Positions 8,544 through 17,047 of a stretch of DNA of 47,792 nt are shown here, piece by piece. The notes under the pieces are model-generated. The model was given only the letters and a program-made list of their open reading frames with translations, was not told the DNA's origin and made no database searches. The DNA is from a virus (Duplodnaviria > Caudoviricetes): positions 1-47,792 of IMG/VR virus record IMGVR_UViG_3300020045_002718; one strand, given 5' to 3'. The position numbers and the translations under genes are program-made. The first letter of the stretch is position 1, and the number at the start of each line of letters is the position of its first letter.

Positions 8544-8886
8544 GTGATGAATAAATGCAAATGGTTCGGACATAGATTTTCCAAGTGGGTGCGTCGAGAA
8601 CAAAAGCAAATTGACACCAAGACAAAAGTTAAAACTGCCGCACCTATTCAAGAACGTAAATGTGAACGCTGTGATTTTGTAGAGAGGGATTACTTGTGAA
8701 ACAAAAGAAGCTGATGAAGGTTAGTGATACTAAAAAATACGTTCAACTTAAAATAGAGGCACACAGAAAAGTGGTAGATGCCATTAAAGATTTTTCCATG
8801 GTTGAAAGATTGAATATTTTAAATTCAGCCATTAAACTTTTAATACAATATCCCCGCCCAAAAACTGAGGTTAAGTGACATACGTA

Positions 8887-8975
8887 TGGGGGCAGGACAG
8901 CTGTACTCATGCAGCTGACTCCTTTCAGGTAGGGCGGAGTGCACACCGTTACATACCTGTTGTTTCCTGCCCCCA
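8887..8975 (+). ncRNA. Candidate three-way-junction RNA
   Basis: TGGGGGCAGGA/TCCTGCCCCCA 11-bp stem enclosing CAGCTGTA/TGCAGCTG and CAGGTA..GGCGG/CCGTT..TACCTG arms. Confidence 0.5.
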
Positions 8976-9005
8976 ATTTACTTCCGTCTTGAGGCAAGAA
9001 TATTG

Positions 9006-9034
9006 TTGACAGTGCGGGGTGTAAGTAGTAATAT
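9006..9034 (+). promoter_or_regulatory. Sigma70-type promoter for the recombination/replication operon
   Basis: TTGACA-17 nt-TAATAT. Confidence 0.7.
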
Positions 9035-9403
9035 ATGAGGTACGAGAGAAACCAATGCAGTTCAGTCCAATTCAATACTCAAACTATACTTATCAAGGAG
9101 ATTGGTGTGTCTGTTCCTATGCCAAGATACCGTAAAATATCGACCCTGCTTATGAAGGGATTTCTTGCGGATTGCAGGTATCTCAAAGGGGTTGACGGAA
9201 GTAGGGAAAAAATTGCAAAGCGCATGGGCAAAAAGTCATGCAATTTTTTTGCGGCTTGGGCTTCTGGAAGGAAGACTCCCTCACTCAAGACTTATTTGTT
9301 GATAAGACAGGCAGCGCAGGATCTGAGAGAGCACATTGTAACACAGACACTGAGGTCGGAGTCTATGAAGTACACTAGAGGGTCTAACAAGGGGGATACG
9401 TGA
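9035..9403 (+). CDS. HTH (XRE/Cro-like) DNA-binding protein
   Basis: SREKIAKRMG...FFAAWASGRKTPS; true start probably ATG 9119 (AAGGAG upstream). Confidence 0.6.
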   Translation: MRYERNQCSSVQFNTQTILIKEIGVSVPMPRYRKISTLLMKGFLADCRYLKGVDGSREKIAKRMGKKSCNFFAAWASGRKTPSLKTYLLIRQAAQDLREHIVTQTLRSESMKYTRGSNKGDT

Positions 9404-10366
9404 ATGAGCGAAATAATCTACAGTCTAAAAAATGGCGAGCAAAAAGAACTGCAATTTTCTTTGCTAAACACAAGCGAAGTCAAGTCAATCAACGACATCA
9501 AGGCGAGAATAAAACTGCAAGACGGAAGAGTAGCGATGAGTTATTCCATGACGAACACGTTTCAGACTTGCCCAATGAAGTTTCTTGAGGAGTATATCAA
9601 TGGGATTAAATTAAAGACAACTAAAACTAGCTTGGCTTTCGGAGCTGCAATACACAGAGGACTTGAGGATTGGTATAGAGGACTTGGTGTAGAGAGGGCT
9701 ATCGCACAGTTTGAGCAAAACTATGAGGATCGGGAAAGTGAAGAACTTAAAACGAAGGCGAACGGACGCAAAATTATTGAGCAATACGCAGTACGATATC
9801 CAAGTGAGGCATGGGAGGTGCTTGACATCGAAGTACCAATTACCTTCGAATTTACTGCAGGAATACATTACGTCGTTATACCGGATATGGTGGTTAAACA
9901 AGGAGGCAGGATATACGGGGTTGAACATAAGCATACGAAATCAATCAGTAAAAATTACTTTCGACAATTCAAGCCGAATCAACAAATAGATGGAGAGGTC
10001 GCGGGGATTGTGGCTAAGTTTGGGAGTTGTGACGGGATTATTATTAACCCAATCGAGATACAGAAGGGTGGGACTAGGGGGAGGCCGAGTCCGGCGATTA
10101 GTTTTGGTCCGAGAGATGTTAGTACTAGGACAGAGGAGGATCTAGAGTGGTGGAGAAGGGATATGATAAGGGTACACAAGGAGATTGATGATACGATTAA
10201 GGGGGGGTATTTCAGGGCGAATAAGGGGGCGTGTCATGGGTTTGAGGGATGTCAATACAGGGAGTTACATACACAGTTAGGGGATAGTTACATACAGAGT
10301 GAGTACTATGAGGCTAGTGATAGGAATAACACAGCACCAATACAGGGGGGAGCAGGAGATGAATGA
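9404..10366 (+). CDS. PD-(D/E)xK nuclease (RecB/Cas4-like phage exonuclease)
   Basis: SYS..TFQTCP, FGAAIH, PD..VEHK, C-terminal ACHGFEGCQY. Confidence 0.85.
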   Translation: MSEIIYSLKNGEQKELQFSLLNTSEVKSINDIKARIKLQDGRVAMSYSMTNTFQTCPMKFLEEYINGIKLKTTKTSLAFGAAIHRGLEDWYRGLGVERAIAQFEQNYEDRESEELKTKANGRKIIEQYAVRYPSEAWEVLDIEVPITFEFTAGIHYVVIPDMVVKQGGRIYGVEHKHTKSISKNYFRQFKPNQQIDGEVAGIVAKFGSCDGIIINPIEIQKGGTRGRPSPAISFGPRDVSTRTEEDLEWWRRDMIRVHKEIDDTIKGGYFRANKGACHGFEGCQYRELHTQLGDSYIQSEYYEASDRNNTAPIQGGAGDE

Positions 10367-10649
10367 TGGGGAGATGACTGCAGAAGTGTTAGAGCAGAAG
10401 AGGAAGTTTGTAGAGACGTCGAGTGCCGCTTATGCAGGACTTACGTTGGCACTTATGAAGAAGCCGGGATTGATGTCGGATATTGTACTGATTGTGGCTG
10501 CTACGATGGTAAAAGTACAGGATGTGAAGCCAAGTGAGGGGGTAGAGAATGTAGATAAGGCTATCAATCTGTGTGCTCATGGGATGAGGCAGATTATGGA
10601 GTTATTTCTAGATAAGGGTGAAGTTAAACAAGATGGGGGTACTAAGTGA
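10362..10649 (+). CDS. Hypothetical protein
   Basis: Probable start MNDGE after AGGAG, within track ORF 10299..10649. Confidence 0.55.
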   Translation, partial: NDGEMTAEVLEQKRKFVETSSAAYAGLTLALMKKPGLMSDIVLIVAATMVKVQDVKPSEGVENVDKAINLCAHGMRQIMELFLDKGEVKQDGGTK

Positions 10650-11422
10650 AGTTACAGGACTGGAAGGCTACGAAGTCGAAGATACTGCTAATTGGGGAGA
10701 GTGGCACAGGGAAGAGTAGTCAGGCTGCTACGATTGCTAGGGTGGCTAAGAAGGTGTGGGTGGCGAGTTTTGATGCGGGGGTAGCGAGTATGAAGAGTAC
10801 GCTGCTTAGGACGGGGTTGAAGGATGTGGATATTGAGGTGGATACGTTTATTGAGATAGATAGAAAGGTGCCTAGTGCGTATAAGAATTTTCTGAAGGTG
10901 TTTGGGGAGAGGAAGACTCAGGGGTTTGACGCATATGTGTTTGATAATATCAGCTTCTTCTCACAGGCTATATTTGATGACATTGTGGCTGTGAATAATC
11001 TAGTGGATAAGCCGTATGGAGATTCTACATTCCATATGTATAGGCTACTGGCAGATAAGATGAAGGATGTGATTACCAATGCGATCATGTTGAGTAATTA
11101 TGTGGTGTGTACAGCATTACCGCTGTGGGAGAAGGATGATAACTCAGGAGAGATGCACGTGTTTCCTCTAGTAGAGGGGAAGTTCAGGCAGTCGTTACCT
11201 GCGTGGTTTGATGAATTATATTATACAGTTACTAGTACGGATACTAAGACTGGTAAGCCGGTGTATCAGATGTTGACGGCTCCACAAGGGAAGTATGTAG
11301 CTAAGAGTAGGTGGGGTGGGGCAGTACTGAAGCCGGTAGAAGATAGAGACTTGGGAGAGATTGTGCAGGTTATTACGGCTGCACATGAACCTCAGGTAGC
11401 TAAGGAAGTGGTTAAGCAGTAA
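10646..11422 (+). CDS. Sak4/AAA_24-like P-loop ATPase (recombination)
   Basis: GESGTGKS, YVFDNIS, FDELYY, AKSRW; lies between nuclease and SSB-like gene. Confidence 0.85.
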   Translation: MKLQDWKATKSKILLIGESGTGKSSQAATIARVAKKVWVASFDAGVASMKSTLLRTGLKDVDIEVDTFIEIDRKVPSAYKNFLKVFGERKTQGFDAYVFDNISFFSQAIFDDIVAVNNLVDKPYGDSTFHMYRLLADKMKDVITNAIMLSNYVVCTALPLWEKDDNSGEMHVFPLVEGKFRQSLPAWFDELYYTVTSTDTKTGKPVYQMLTAPQGKYVAKSRWGGAVLKPVEDRDLGEIVQVITAAHEPQVAKEVVKQ

Positions 11423-11519
11423 TAGTATAGGTTTAATAACAACAACACTGTTAGCTTGTGGCTCAGTAACTGAGGCGAACAGCCCCCTAACAGGGCAGTA
11501 TAACTAGGAGGTAGTAGGT

Positions 11520-12011
11520 ATGAAGCTAGACGTAGGTAGTATGGATAATGTACAGACTGGATTTGACACGTTACCGGCTCTGAAGAATGTGGTGTTTGAG
11601 ATTGAAGCGCCAGATGATAAGAGTAAGGAAACTGTGGAATTTCTGGAAGGGAAGATTAAGGCAATTAACTTTAGGCTTAAGGTGGTTGAGCCAACTCCGT
11701 ATGTTACTGAGGTTAATGGTCAGAATGTACAGAAGGATGCTCAAGGGCGGGTGCTATTCATGAAGTGTAATTTCTATGTGGATAGAGATACTTACCTGTC
11801 TTGGAAGGGATGCACACCACAAGGTTACGATAGCAAGGACTTTCTTAGAGGGTTAAAATCGCTAGGAAATGCTATTGGCGTAGACTTTGGTACACAGGAT
11901 GTTGAAGATGCTTATGGGCGGAAGTTCAGAGCGAACATCATTCAACGCTTTGACAAAGAGGATGAGTCAAAGGTATATAACGATGTTAACTCACCTAAGA
12001 AGTTAGCGTAA
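11520..12011 (+). CDS. Putative ssDNA-binding protein (DUF669-like)
   Basis: GFDTLP N-terminus, YNDV C-terminus, typical position after a Sak4-like ATPase; strong AGGAGG RBS. Confidence 0.65.
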   Translation: MKLDVGSMDNVQTGFDTLPALKNVVFEIEAPDDKSKETVEFLEGKIKAINFRLKVVEPTPYVTEVNGQNVQKDAQGRVLFMKCNFYVDRDTYLSWKGCTPQGYDSKDFLRGLKSLGNAIGVDFGTQDVEDAYGRKFRANIIQRFDKEDESKVYNDVNSPKKLA

Positions 12012-12044
12012 GTGGTAGTGTTAACTTTAGGTAGGTAGCTATAG

Positions 12045-12093
12045 GGTAACTACTAGTGGGTTAGGTAGGGTTACTAACCTGCTAGTAGTTACT
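12045..12093 (+). promoter_or_regulatory. Long hairpin (19-20 bp stem) after the SSB gene
   Basis: GTAACTACTAGTGGGTTAG/CTAACCTGCTAGTAGTTAC. Confidence 0.55.
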
Positions 12094-12207
12094 GTCTTGG
12101 GGTTCGTACGTCCTCCATGTGAGCCGGGTCCGGCTTTAAAAGCGTGGGGTGTGACTGTACACATTTCTGGATAGTGCGCATGGTTATAACAGCATAGGGG
12201 GGATTAA

Positions 12208-12387
12208 GTGATTAAAGTATTCTGTGATCTTTGTAATGGGGAGATTAAGGGTAGGGGGGAAAGGTATGTACTGAACATAGCTAACCATGAAGGTAAGCCG
12301 GCACTTCCTGAGATAGAGATGTGTCCTGTCTGTAAGGAGGATGTTAAGGCGTTTCTACAGACATACAATGCAAAGGGAGTAAAATGA
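12208..12387 (+). CDS. Small Zn-finger protein (59 aa, not in track)
   Basis: GTG start, CDLC...CPVC, ATGA overlap with the next ORF. Confidence 0.6.
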   Translation: MIKVFCDLCNGEIKGRGERYVLNIANHEGKPALPEIEMCPVCKEDVKAFLQTYNAKGVK

Positions 12388-12572
12388 AGTTTCCTAAGTA
12401 TCAACAGGGAGTACGTAGATTCTGGATAGCAGTTACATATGCTGATGGGTCTATGTCATTCAATGGGGTGCACGTACATGCGGGACAGCTGACTGCAGAT
12501 AGGATATGGTATGAGTTTTGTGTGCAGGACCGCAGAAACAATAATCAATTAAGTCAACTAGTGGGGGTATGA
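12384..12572 (+). CDS. Hypothetical protein
   Basis: ATGA-coupled on both sides. Confidence 0.55.
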   Translation: MKFPKYQQGVRRFWIAVTYADGSMSFNGVHVHAGQLTADRIWYEFCVQDRRNNNQLSQLVGV

Positions 12573-12865
12573 CTATGAAAGAGGTTAGTACGATTGAGGC
12601 ATTGAATAAGTTTACGATAGCGGATAAGACAGAAGAGTTAGTTATGCTAAGGCGTAAGGGGAAGTTCAATGAGATACTAGTTGCTCTGAAGAATCTGGCT
12701 AATGACAAGACAATTAAGTTGTCACTTAGGGATGTACAGGAGATGTATGGGACAAAGAATATCAAGGCTATGTCAATGGGAATGAGGCAGGCGGGAAAGA
12801 AACACAACCTAGAGGTATCGGTTGTAGAGAAGGATGGCTATGTCTATATTTTCAACAGAGGGTAG
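12569..12865 (+). CDS. Basic hypothetical protein
   Basis: Translationally coupled ORF. Confidence 0.6.
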   Translation: MTMKEVSTIEALNKFTIADKTEELVMLRRKGKFNEILVALKNLANDKTIKLSLRDVQEMYGTKNIKAMSMGMRQAGKKHNLEVSVVEKDGYVYIFNRG

Positions 12866-13286
12866 GTGGGGTAAGTGTATAGGTAGAGTTAGTAAGTATA
12901 GTACTAGTATAGTGTTAGTACTAGTATTCTGTATAGCGTACATGTATGCAACGTACCTATTCAGAAAGCCGTACAAGAAATACAGTAACTCACCAACTGA
13001 GTTAACTACCTTAGGTGAGAAGGTAGGTATACCAACAAGTCAGGTAGATACAGCAATCAAGCAGCCGGACATTCAGCAGATCCATCTATGTGATAACAAG
13101 TATACCATCAACAGAACAATGCTAGAATCGCTCACAAGCGAAGAACTTACTGCATTGGTCTCTGCTATCACACTAATGCTAGAAGTATCGTCTAATGCGA
13201 AGGCAGGGCTATCTGCTGACGTGTGTGACACGCTTGTCAAGACGGCTATACCTCGATGGTATCTAGAATGGAGTAAGCGAGGGTGA
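12834..13286 (+). CDS. Putative membrane protein
   Basis: Hydrophobic IVLVLVFCIAYMYATYLF segment. Confidence 0.5.
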   Translation: MAMSIFSTEGRWGKCIGRVSKYSTSIVLVLVFCIAYMYATYLFRKPYKKYSNSPTELTTLGEKVGIPTSQVDTAIKQPDIQQIHLCDNKYTINRTMLESLTSEELTALVSAITLMLEVSSNAKAGLSADVCDTLVKTAIPRWYLEWSKRG

Positions 13287-13289
13287 TCT

Positions 13290-13406
13290 ATGATTATGTT
13301 CTGTAATGAGTGTGGTCATGGTACGTTTAGAGAGAGTGGGGATGAAGTAGCAGTATGCCCTAAGTGCGGTTCAAGTAATGTGATTGTAGAAGAAGAGTGT
13401 AATTAG
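13290..13406 (+). CDS. Zn-ribbon peptide (38 aa, not in track)
   Basis: CNECG...CPKCGS; GAGGG RBS. Confidence 0.55.
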   Translation: MIMFCNECGHGTFRESGDEVAVCPKCGSSNVIVEEECN

Positions 13407-13412
13407 AGTTAC

Positions 13413-13496
13413 GGCAGCTGAGACCATGTGTCTTACAGGAACGTGGGAGTTAGTACTACCCCTACTGTAGTAGTGTTCTAGACACTACCGGTTGCC
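13413..13496 (+). ncRNA. tRNA-like structured element (non-canonical)
   Basis: GGCAGCTG/CGGTTGCC closing stem stacked on GTAGTG-TTCTAGA-CACTAC T-like arm; CCATGT/ACGTGG arm; poor anticodon arm; no CCA. Confidence 0.35.
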
Positions 13497-13536
13497 TTAT
13501 TTGTATAGGCTAGTCGTAACATTGTGGGGTGTGACT

Positions 13537-13654
13537 TGCTAGCCGTTCTCTATGCACTGTTGAAGGTTATGTCAAAGACAGCCCTTCTCAGACTGTAGCC
13601 CTGTAGATATACTTACAGTACTGTCTACTGTAGTAGAGATAATAACGGCTAGCA
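13537..13654 (+). ncRNA. Candidate structured RNA
   Basis: TGCTAGCCGTT/AACGGCTAGCA 11-bp stem plus CTCTA/TAGAG, GAAGG/CCTTC, TGTC/GACA and TACAGTA/TACTGTA arms. Confidence 0.4.
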
Positions 13655-13684
13655 GTACACTTAGTATAACATACAGGAGAGAGT

Positions 13685-14025
13685 ATGAGTAGCACTAATC
13701 GGAGTAATGCTAGAGATAGCCATGTAGCTGACTATTATGTGACACCGGTATCAGCAATCATGGAGTTTCTTACAGCATACTTTAATGATACTGGTGATGA
13801 GTGGAGAGGTAAGTCTATTCTTGATCCATGTGCAGGAGGCTCAGCTAACACACCTATGAGTTATCCAACAGCATTACATAGGTATAGAGTTATAGGATTA
13901 TTTAACTCGGCCCCCTAATCATCACACATAGGCATGCTTTTGAGTTCACCACATACAGATATAGTTACACTAACGAGTTACCGTGCCCACTAACGGATAT
14001 CATACTAACTAACCTCATCTTTTAA
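13685..14025 (+). pseudogene. Truncated/decayed amino-DNA methyltransferase
   Basis: DYYVTP and ILDPCAGG (SAM-binding motif I), stop at 13918; another frame downstream reads DIILTNLIF* where D-I-I-x-T-NPPF is expected. Confidence 0.6.
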
Positions 14026-14150
14026 GGGGGTCTGGGGCACAGCCCCAGGCAGTACCCTAGTTAGCTACATGGCTAGTTGTAAGTGTTCGAACACTAGTAC
14101 ATAAATGACCGCATATATGGTGGGTAATTCAACATGGGAATGGTGATAAT

Positions 14151-16550
14151 ATGACTGAAAGTGGTGTAGTTCGCGGTGTAGGTAGTGTAAGTAGTAAGAT
14201 ATGGTGTATTGCAGAGAGTCCTGGAGAGACAGAGATACGTGAAGGAGTCCCTCTATGTGGTCCATCTGGTAATGTATTCAATCAACTACTAGTAGATACT
14301 GGTATACGTAGAGATAGTATCTACATAGATAATGTCATGCAGATACGTCCTCCTGCTAATGACTTCTCTGTATTCTACACTGATAAGCAGCGTAAGATAC
14401 CTAGTGATGAGTTACTTGCTAGACAGAATGAGTTACGTAATCTGGTACTAACACATAAGCCATATGTAGTAATCTGTCTAGGTGCAGAAGCTCTACGTGC
14501 ACTAACAGGTAAGGTAGGTATAGACAAGTGGAGAGGGAGTGTACTACACCTACTAGATACTAATATACTAGCTACATACCATCCTGCATACATACTAAGA
14601 CAATGGTCATTCTATCCTGTAGCCAAGATGGATATAGCTAAAGCTAAGTCCTTACTAAGCTATGCAGGTACACTAGCTACACCACCAGTTACCTTAATTA
14701 CAGAGCCTACATTTGGTCAAGCTATACAGTACTTAGAGTCTGCTAAGCAGTCTAAGTTACTAGCATATGACATAGAGACCTCAGAGGGTCTAATAGACTG
14801 TATAGGCTTCTGTAACTCAGAGTCTTCTAGTATCTGTATACCCTTCTGTAAGGATGGTGGTGATGGTAACTACTGGTCTGAGGATCAAGATACTCTGATA
14901 TGGCAGAAGGTTAAGGAACTACTAGAGTCCCCTGTACCTAAAGTAGCACAGAATGTTATGTACGATAACTTTATACTAGCTAGTACTTACAGTATATATA
15001 CTAGTAATGTAGTACTAGATACTATGATAGCATTTGGATTACTGTATCCTTCTAAGGATGGTGTAGGTATGCAGAAGTCCCTAGACTTTCTAGCATCTGT
15101 ATACACTAACTACCCTTACTGGGGTGAAGCTCCTAAGACTCTTGGTATAGACAGATGGAGATATAACTGTATGGATACTCTTATAACTCTTACAGTAGCT
15201 AGTCATATACTTAGAGACTTAGAGACTGCTAAACTTAAAGACTTCTACTACCAACTACCTCATAGACTAATTGATCCCTTACTAACTATGTCTCTACGTG
15301 GTGTACGTTTTGATAGAGACTTACGTAACTCACTCCGTAGTACTTACCGTAGCCGTATGAATAGATTACATAAAGGTATCAACAGGTTAGTAACACCTAC
15401 AGAGATAGAGTTAGCCCAATCTACAATCAAGTCGCTTAAGAAGACTGAGAGGGGTATATTCAATCCAGATAGTGATACTCAGTTACGTAATCTAATTCAT
15501 ACAGTGTGGAAACAACCTAAGATACTGTCTAGAGATACCGCTAGTAGCAAGGTAGATGAAGCAGCTATACGTAAGATAGCCAAGAAGGATCCTACACATT
15601 CTAGATTCTACGGTGCACTCTTACAGTATAACAGTATAGCTAAACAGTATAGTACATACCTAAGTATAGAAGTATCTAACTCTGATAAGCGTGTACGTTG
15701 CAGCTATAACATAGCGGGTACTGTAACTGGCAGGTTATCTAGTTCTACTGCTCCTGATGGTAGTGGTACTAACCTACAGAATATCCCTCCCGGTATTGTA
15801 AAGCAGTTATTCCTACCAGATGGAGGTTACACAATGTATGAGTGTGATCTTAGTCAAGCAGAGAATCGTATAGTAGCCTACATGTCTGAGGACTTAGCCA
15901 TGATAGATGCCTTTGAACATAACCAGGATATACATACACTAATAGCTAGTATGTTACTACGTAAGTCTACTAGTACAGTAAGTAAGAAAGAGAGACAACT
16001 TGGTAAGAAGGTAGGTCATGCTACTAACTACGGTATGGGTCCTAAGAGACTCTGTGAAGTATGTCATGAAGAGTTAGGTCTTACACTATCTATGTCTGAA
16101 GCTAAACGTCTTCAGCAACAGTACCTAGATGCTTTCCCTAAGATACGTATATGGCACCTAGAAGTACAGGAGCAGCTTCGTAACTCTCGTACACTAATTA
16201 ACCCTCTTGGTAGACGTAGATACTTCTTTGAGAGGTGGGGTGACGAGTTATTTAAACAAGCCTATGCACACTTACCACAATCTACTATTGTAGACTTACT
16301 AAATACAGGTCTTATTAAATTACACACAATGGGTATTCAGAACCTACTTCAAGTACATGACAGCATTGTGTATCAACTACCCGGAGATATTCGTTCTAAT
16401 GCAAACGTAGCGCCAATGACACACATTGTAGAAGCACTCAAGACACCCATTATTATTAAAGGCCGTAAAATAACTGTACCAGTGGAAATAAAGTCAGGTT
16501 CCAACTGGAATGATCTCAAACCAATTAAACTAGAGGCTAATCATGTCTGA
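14151..16550 (+). CDS. polA: Family A DNA polymerase with N-terminal uracil-DNA-glycosylase-like domain and 3'-5' exonuclease
   Basis: UDG: AESPG..E..G.P..GPSG, YHPAYILR; exonuclease: DIET, NVMYD, YNCMD; polymerase: TGRLSS, NLQNIP, DLSQAE, KKVGHATNYG, VHDS. Confidence 0.95.
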   Translation: MTESGVVRGVGSVSSKIWCIAESPGETEIREGVPLCGPSGNVFNQLLVDTGIRRDSIYIDNVMQIRPPANDFSVFYTDKQRKIPSDELLARQNELRNLVLTHKPYVVICLGAEALRALTGKVGIDKWRGSVLHLLDTNILATYHPAYILRQWSFYPVAKMDIAKAKSLLSYAGTLATPPVTLITEPTFGQAIQYLESAKQSKLLAYDIETSEGLIDCIGFCNSESSSICIPFCKDGGDGNYWSEDQDTLIWQKVKELLESPVPKVAQNVMYDNFILASTYSIYTSNVVLDTMIAFGLLYPSKDGVGMQKSLDFLASVYTNYPYWGEAPKTLGIDRWRYNCMDTLITLTVASHILRDLETAKLKDFYYQLPHRLIDPLLTMSLRGVRFDRDLRNSLRSTYRSRMNRLHKGINRLVTPTEIELAQSTIKSLKKTERGIFNPDSDTQLRNLIHTVWKQPKILSRDTASSKVDEAAIRKIAKKDPTHSRFYGALLQYNSIAKQYSTYLSIEVSNSDKRVRCSYNIAGTVTGRLSSSTAPDGSGTNLQNIPPGIVKQLFLPDGGYTMYECDLSQAENRIVAYMSEDLAMIDAFEHNQDIHTLIASMLLRKSTSTVSKKERQLGKKVGHATNYGMGPKRLCEVCHEELGLTLSMSEAKRLQQQYLDAFPKIRIWHLEVQEQLRNSRTLINPLGRRRYFFERWGDELFKQAYAHLPQSTIVDLLNTGLIKLHTMGIQNLLQVHDSIVYQLPGDIRSNANVAPMTHIVEALKTPIIIKGRKITVPVEIKSGSNWNDLKPIKLEANHV

Positions 16551-16830
16551 TGAATCTGTACCTGTATCACCACAACCTGCTAAAGCTATCCTTGATGAAG
16601 ATATCGTGTTAGTACTAGACGCAATACGCCGTATTACATTCAGCTTAGTCCTAATTGACGTAGCCTTCAAACGTAAACACACTCACCTATCCAATAACGT
16701 ACAACGCCTTCTTAAAGTAGTACGTGTACTAGAAACTAAAGTACTTAGTAAGACCCAAGGTTATGGTGTACAGAAGTCTCCCCATGTAAAGTCACTTAGG
16801 CGAAAGGTATCTGACAATGGACAGTTATAA
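16543..16830 (+). CDS. Hypothetical protein
   Basis: GAGG RBS, overlaps the pol stop. Confidence 0.55.
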   Translation: MSDESVPVSPQPAKAILDEDIVLVLDAIRRITFSLVLIDVAFKRKHTHLSNNVQRLLKVVRVLETKVLSKTQGYGVQKSPHVKSLRRKVSDNGQL

Positions 16831-17047
16831 AGCTATCTGTATACGTTGTAACAAAGTAACTACCTGTATCAGAGTAACAGAAGGTAGACGTAACTATACT
16901 CTCTGCCTAGATCACTGGTTAAAGTACTCTGAGTTAGGTGAGATAAGAACTCTTGCAGAACACATAGATGATGGAGGTTACTATGACCAAGGAACTGACT
17001 CCCAAGAAGATAGTGGAGAAACTCCTGCAGAAGACGGGTCTATCTAA
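16817..17047 (+). CDS. Small Zn-finger protein
   Basis: CIRC...CLDH. Confidence 0.5.
   Translation: MDSYKAICIRCNKVTTCIRVTEGRRNYTLCLDHWLKYSELGEIRTLAEHIDDGGYYDQGTDSQEDSGETPAEDGSI

Larger units (their letters stand above)
6230..8878 (+). other. Variable block of short hypothetical ORFs with different base composition
   Basis: A-run-rich sequence lacking the TAG/GTA bias of its flanks; includes ORFs 6421..6774, 7202..7543, 7710..7901, 7971..8177, 8696..8878 and several ORFs under 60 aa. Confidence 0.6.

Noticed and set aside
9035-9403. Lysogeny module
   Set aside because: A single HTH gene with no integrase, divergent repressor pair or partition system.
9404-10366. Cas4-like nuclease as part of a CRISPR system
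   Set aside because: No repeat-spacer array or other cas genes were seen; the nuclease-Sak4-SSB context is a standard phage recombination module.
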